DNA of 10,612 nucleotides, from the UHGV virus genome UHGV-0162104; one strand, 5' to 3'. Positions 7,886-10,612 of this stretch are shown in pieces. The translations under genes and the position numbers were made by a program. The notes under the pieces are model-generated. The model worked only from the letters and a program-made list of their open reading frames with translations. It was not told where the DNA came from and did not search any database. The stretch's first letter is position 1; the number at the start of each line of letters is the position of its first letter. Origin of the DNA: a virus.

Positions 7886-8686
7886 ATGACCATCCACTTT
7901 CACGGCAGCCCAATATGGGGTGATGAGCATGCCCCTACAGATATGCTGATTAAAGCCCTTTACCGTGATGGTGGGGCTTTTGTTTCATTTGCCAGACCAG
8001 AGCAGATGAAAAAGATTGCCATGTTCCCTTGTGATATACGCCTTGATAACGGCGCTTTTAGCGAATGGATGAAAGCATTAAAGAAAGGCACTCCGGTAGA
8101 CTGGAGTAAGAGACGAGCAAAATTCTACGACTTTGTTGGGAAGTGGTTCAGCAGAATTGAATGGTTTCTTATACCTGACGTTATCGAAGGGACAGAGGCA
8201 GAAAACGACGAGCAGATTGAGTTGGTTCCTGATTGGCTAAAATCAAAAGCGGTTCCGGTCTGGCATACCGACGAATCAATTGAACGTCTTTTACGCCTTT
8301 CTGGCAAATTTGAATGGGTGGCGATTGGATGCTGCGGCCCACACAGGCACATACGCTCTAAATGGTGGGAACAGAGAATGGATGAAGTTTTCACTGAGCT
8401 TTATATCAATCGTAATTTGAAAGTGAAAATTCATGGTCTTCGAATGCTCGACGTGAGAGTTCTTGGTATGTATCCGTTCGCCAGTGCGGATTCTACTAAT
8501 GTTGCTGTTAACGTACCGAAGACAGAGAAGCGATTTCCTGAGATTACCGACAAACTGGCACGTACAGCTGTACTTCGCGCAGCTATTGAAAAGGTGCACC
8601 CACCATCGATATCAGCGTGGGTAGACAGAAAGATGAGAGAGCCGGCGCAAGCCGGTTTTTTATTTGAATTCATCGACGCCGCTTAA
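7886..8686 (+). CDS. Hypothetical early-region protein of unknown function (266 aa)
   Basis: ATG at 7886 with GGGGA 5-6 nt upstream; long ORF on the same strand as the neighbouring early genes. No motif I can assign with confidence; it has an N-terminal HFHG and an internal GCCGPHRH. Confidence 0.6.
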   Translation: MTIHFHGSPIWGDEHAPTDMLIKALYRDGGAFVSFARPEQMKKIAMFPCDIRLDNGAFSEWMKALKKGTPVDWSKRRAKFYDFVGKWFSRIEWFLIPDVIEGTEAENDEQIELVPDWLKSKAVPVWHTDESIERLLRLSGKFEWVAIGCCGPHRHIRSKWWEQRMDEVFTELYINRNLKVKIHGLRMLDVRVLGMYPFASADSTNVAVNVPKTEKRFPEITDKLARTAVLRAAIEKVHPPSISAWVDRKMREPAQAGFLFEFIDAA

Positions 8687-8743
8687 TGCGGATTTCTTTT
8701 ATCTGAACTCGCTACGGCGGGTTTTGTTTTATGGAGACAAGAA

Positions 8744-9088
8744 ATGTCAGATTTGGCTATGAAGGTTTTGAAATGGCAATCAACTGGCGATGTCGGCATC
8801 AGTAGCGCAACTCTTGCCTCAATCGCATGTGGACTGAAAAAGAATATCTATGGTCATCACTTCGGCGCTCCACATGACGCAGCCGATTTCCGACGATGCG
8901 TTGCACTTGTTGAGCAGATTCCAGAAATCAGAGATTCATTCGACAAGGTTGCAAAGCGCGTTCCGGCATTCAAAGGCATCCTCAACGAATGGGATTCCCT
9001 CGTTGCTCTGTTGAAGTCTGAAATGAAGATACACGGAAACAAAGCACCAGAAACTTACAGAAGAATTAGCGAGCTACGCAAGGACTAA
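8744..9088 (+). CDS. Hypothetical early-region protein (114 aa)
   Basis: ATG at 8744 with GGAGA 6 nt upstream. No recognisable motif. Confidence 0.5.
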   Translation: MSDLAMKVLKWQSTGDVGISSATLASIACGLKKNIYGHHFGAPHDAADFRRCVALVEQIPEIRDSFDKVAKRVPAFKGILNEWDSLVALLKSEMKIHGNKAPETYRRISELRKD

Positions 9089-9094
9089 CCACAG

Positions 9095-9125
9095 CCTCAC
9101 ACTCGATGAGGCCTGTTCATTTCTC
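9095..9125 (+). terminator. Candidate intrinsic terminator between the early cargo genes and xis
   Basis: CCTCA / 7-nt loop / TGAGG (9095..9111) followed by the T-rich CCTGTTCATTTCTC. Confidence 0.3.
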
Positions 9126-9178
9126 AATGATATCCAGACCTACCGCAATAATACCAATTCAATAAATGGAGATTCCAA

Positions 9179-9469
9179 GTGGAAGAAGAAATCTTCACTC
9201 GTGAAGAAGCTGCGTCGTATCTGAAGGTAGACAAAGGCACTATCACGCAGTGGATACGAAGTGGACGACTTCAGGCCGCAAAGATAAATCCAGATAAACC
9301 TAAAAGCCCATATCGCATTTGCAAGTCAGACTGCATTGCGGCGCTTAAGTCTGTGAGACACAATAGCGCGGTGAATGCGGTTGATGTGCAGGAGGTTAAA
9401 GCATGTCAATCAAACTACGCGGTGGCACGTGGCACTGCGATTTCGTCGCGCCAGATGGATCAAGATTAG
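9179..9469 (+). CDS. xis: Excisionase (Xis/AlpA-like HTH DNA-binding protein), possibly shortened at its C-terminus by the same indel that disrupts int
   Basis: GTG start at 9179 with GGAG 7 nt upstream. The N-terminus FTREEAASYLKVDKGTITQWIRSGRL is a typical excisionase helix-turn-helix. It lies immediately upstream of and overlapping int. Stop TAG at 9467..9469. Confidence 0.7.
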   Translation: MEEEIFTREEAASYLKVDKGTITQWIRSGRLQAAKINPDKPKSPYRICKSDCIAALKSVRHNSAVNAVDVQEVKACQSNYAVARGTAISSRQMDQD

Positions 9470-10562
9470 ACGCTCTCTTGAAACATCGGACAAAAGGCAA
9501 GCGCAAGAACTTCACGATCGTCTGAAAGCAGAAGCGTGGAGAGTAAAAAATCTCGGGGAATCACCGAAAAAGCTATTCAAGGAAGCCTGCATACGGTGGC
9601 TGCGTGAGAAATCGGATAAGAAGTCCATTGATGATGACAAGAGCATTATATCGTTCTGGATGTTGCACTTCAGAGAAACCATTCTCTCTGACATAACAAC
9701 AGAAAAAATAATGGAGGCGGTAGACGGGATGGAAAACCGCCGCCATCGCCTGAACTGGGAGATGAGCCGGGACAGGTGTTTGCGGCTTGGCAAGCCAGTG
9801 CCGGAGTATAAACCAAAGCTGGCAAGCAAAGGAACGAAGACGCGGCATCTGGCAATACTTCGCGCTATTCTCAATATGGCTGTTGAATGGGGATGGCTTG
9901 ACAGGACGCCAAAAATATCAACACCACGCGTTAAGAATGGACGAATCAGATGGCTTACAGAGGAGGAATCGAAGCGCCTGTTTGCAGAAATTGTTCCTCA
10001 TATCTTCCCTGTGGTCATGTTTGCAATCACGACAGGCCTTCGCCGTTCCAACGTTACAGACCTTGAGTGGTCACAGGTCGATCTGGATAAGAAAATGGCA
10101 TGGATGCACCCTGATGAAACAAAAGCTGGCAATGCGATCGGAGTTCCTCTTAACGAAACCGCATGCCAGATATTAAGAAAACAGCAGGGACTCCATAAGA
10201 GATGGGTATTTGTCCACACCAAACCTGCCTACCGAAGCGACGGAACAAAAACAGCAGCGGTAAGGAAGATGAGAACCGACAGCAACAAAGCATGGAAGGG
10301 AGCGTTAAAGCGGGCAGGCATTAGCAATTTCCGCTTCCATGACCTGAGGCATACCTGGGCAAGCTGGCTGGTTCAGTCCGGTGTCTCTCTTCTTGCACTT
10401 AAAGAAATGGGAGGATGGGAAACTCTCGAAATGGTTCAAAGATACGCTCACCTTTCAGCCGGGCATCTCACCGAGCACGCGAGCAAAATCGATGCGATTA
10501 TAAGTCGCAATGGCACAAATACGGCACAAGAGGAGAACGTAGTTTACTTAAATGCGAGGTAA
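9403..10562 (+). CDS. int: Tyrosine site-specific integrase (P22 Int family) with an apparent 1-nt frameshift near codon 20-21; possible pseudogene or sequencing error
   Basis: ATG at 9403 with GGAGG 7 nt upstream gives MSIKLRGGTWHCDFVAPDGS..., resembling the P22-family Int N-terminus as I recall it, then stops at 9523..9525. The body of the protein is in another frame (track ORF 9375..10562) and contains the catalytic signatures HDLRHTWASW and VQRYAHL. Stop at 10560..10562, 15 nt before the tRNA 3' end. Confidence 0.85.
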
Positions 10563-10576
10563 CTTATTGATTTAAA

Positions 10577-10612
10577 TGGTGCCGATAATAGGAGTCGAAC
10601 CTACGACCTTCG
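10577..10612 (-). tRNA. thrW: tRNA-Thr (thrW-like), 3' portion only; the gene continues beyond the window. Likely overlaps the prophage attachment core.
   Basis: The plus-strand sequence TGGTGCCGATAATAGGAGTCGAACCTACGACCTTCG is the reverse complement of a tRNA 3' end (...CGAAGGTCGTAGGTTCGACTCCTATTATCGGCACCA) with T-arm, acceptor stem and CCA. It matches E. coli thrW as I recall it, the known integration target of P22. Confidence 0.8.

Larger units (their letters stand above)
1..10612. mobile_element. Decayed lambdoid prophage remnant (P22-like int/xis and tailspike modules plus lambda-like Q-pR'-S module) adjacent to a tRNA-Thr gene
   Basis: Phage-type genes throughout: integrase and excisionase next to a tRNA 3' end, holin, Q antiterminator fragment, tailspike. 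Several are truncated or frameshifted, and the head, terminase, replication and immunity genes expected between these modules are missing. Confidence 0.8.

Noticed and set aside
7886-8686. Assigning the 266-aa protein to the DpdA/tRNA-guanine transglycosylase-like family (7-deazaguanine DNA modification)
   Set aside because: I considered it because such genes occur in phage accessory regions, but I cannot find the zinc-binding CxCxxC...H pattern or other family landmarks, and no preQ0 pathway genes are present.
7264-9042. Minus-strand ORFs antisense to the early cargo genes (7264..7530, 7610..7855, 7648..7893, 8125..8394, 8291..8599, 8431..8673, 8857..9042)
   Set aside because: They are antisense to well-formed plus-strand genes that have ribosome-binding sites and coupling; their translations look like random sequence.
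9375-9449. ATG at 9375 as the integrase start (track ORF 9375..10562, beginning MRLMCRRLKHV...)
   Set aside because: It has no ribosome-binding site, and its first ~25 codons are simply the out-of-frame reading of the xis 3' end and int 5' end. The ATG at 9403 has a GGAGG site and yields an integrase-like N-terminus, so the long ORF's start is an artefact of the frameshift.
9512-10222. ORFs inside the integrase gene (9512..9874, 9573..9848, 9670..9855, 9787..10176, 9998..10222)
   Set aside because: They are overlapping or antisense frames within a gene whose translation carries the full tyrosine-recombinase catalytic signature.
1-10612. CRISPR arrays, IS elements or transposase genes
   Set aside because: No regularly spaced direct repeats, terminal inverted repeats or transposase-like ORFs were seen. 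The only short repeats are the 13-nt motif at 7862 and 8690 and small terminator hairpins.

Overview
This window looks like the tRNA-Thr-proximal end of a decayed, mosaic lambdoid prophage (P22-like integration and tailspike modules, lambda-like late-control module) in an Escherichia/Salmonella-type chromosome. Reading right to left: a partial tRNA-Thr 3' end on the minus strand, a P22-family tyrosine integrase whose N-terminus is shifted out of frame, an excisionase, and four rightward early-region cargo genes (DUF551-like, ASCH-like, two unknowns). On the minus strand follow a start-less Q antiterminator fragment, an apparently intact pR'-type late promoter and terminator, a lambda-type S holin that breaks off after codon 81 and is fused out of frame to a start-less coiled-coil gene fragment, one or two ejection-protein-like genes, and an intact 981-aa tailspike. 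The tailspike combines a P22-type head-binding N-terminus with two sialidase-type Asp-box motifs and a C-terminal intramolecular-chaperone-like domain, so it is a predicted endosialidase-type capsule depolymerase. Lysis enzymes, terminase, portal, coat, replication and immunity genes are all absent, which fits two large internal deletions. I found no CRISPR array, rRNA or IS element. All homology statements rest on reading the translations and on recalled reference sequences; no database search was run.
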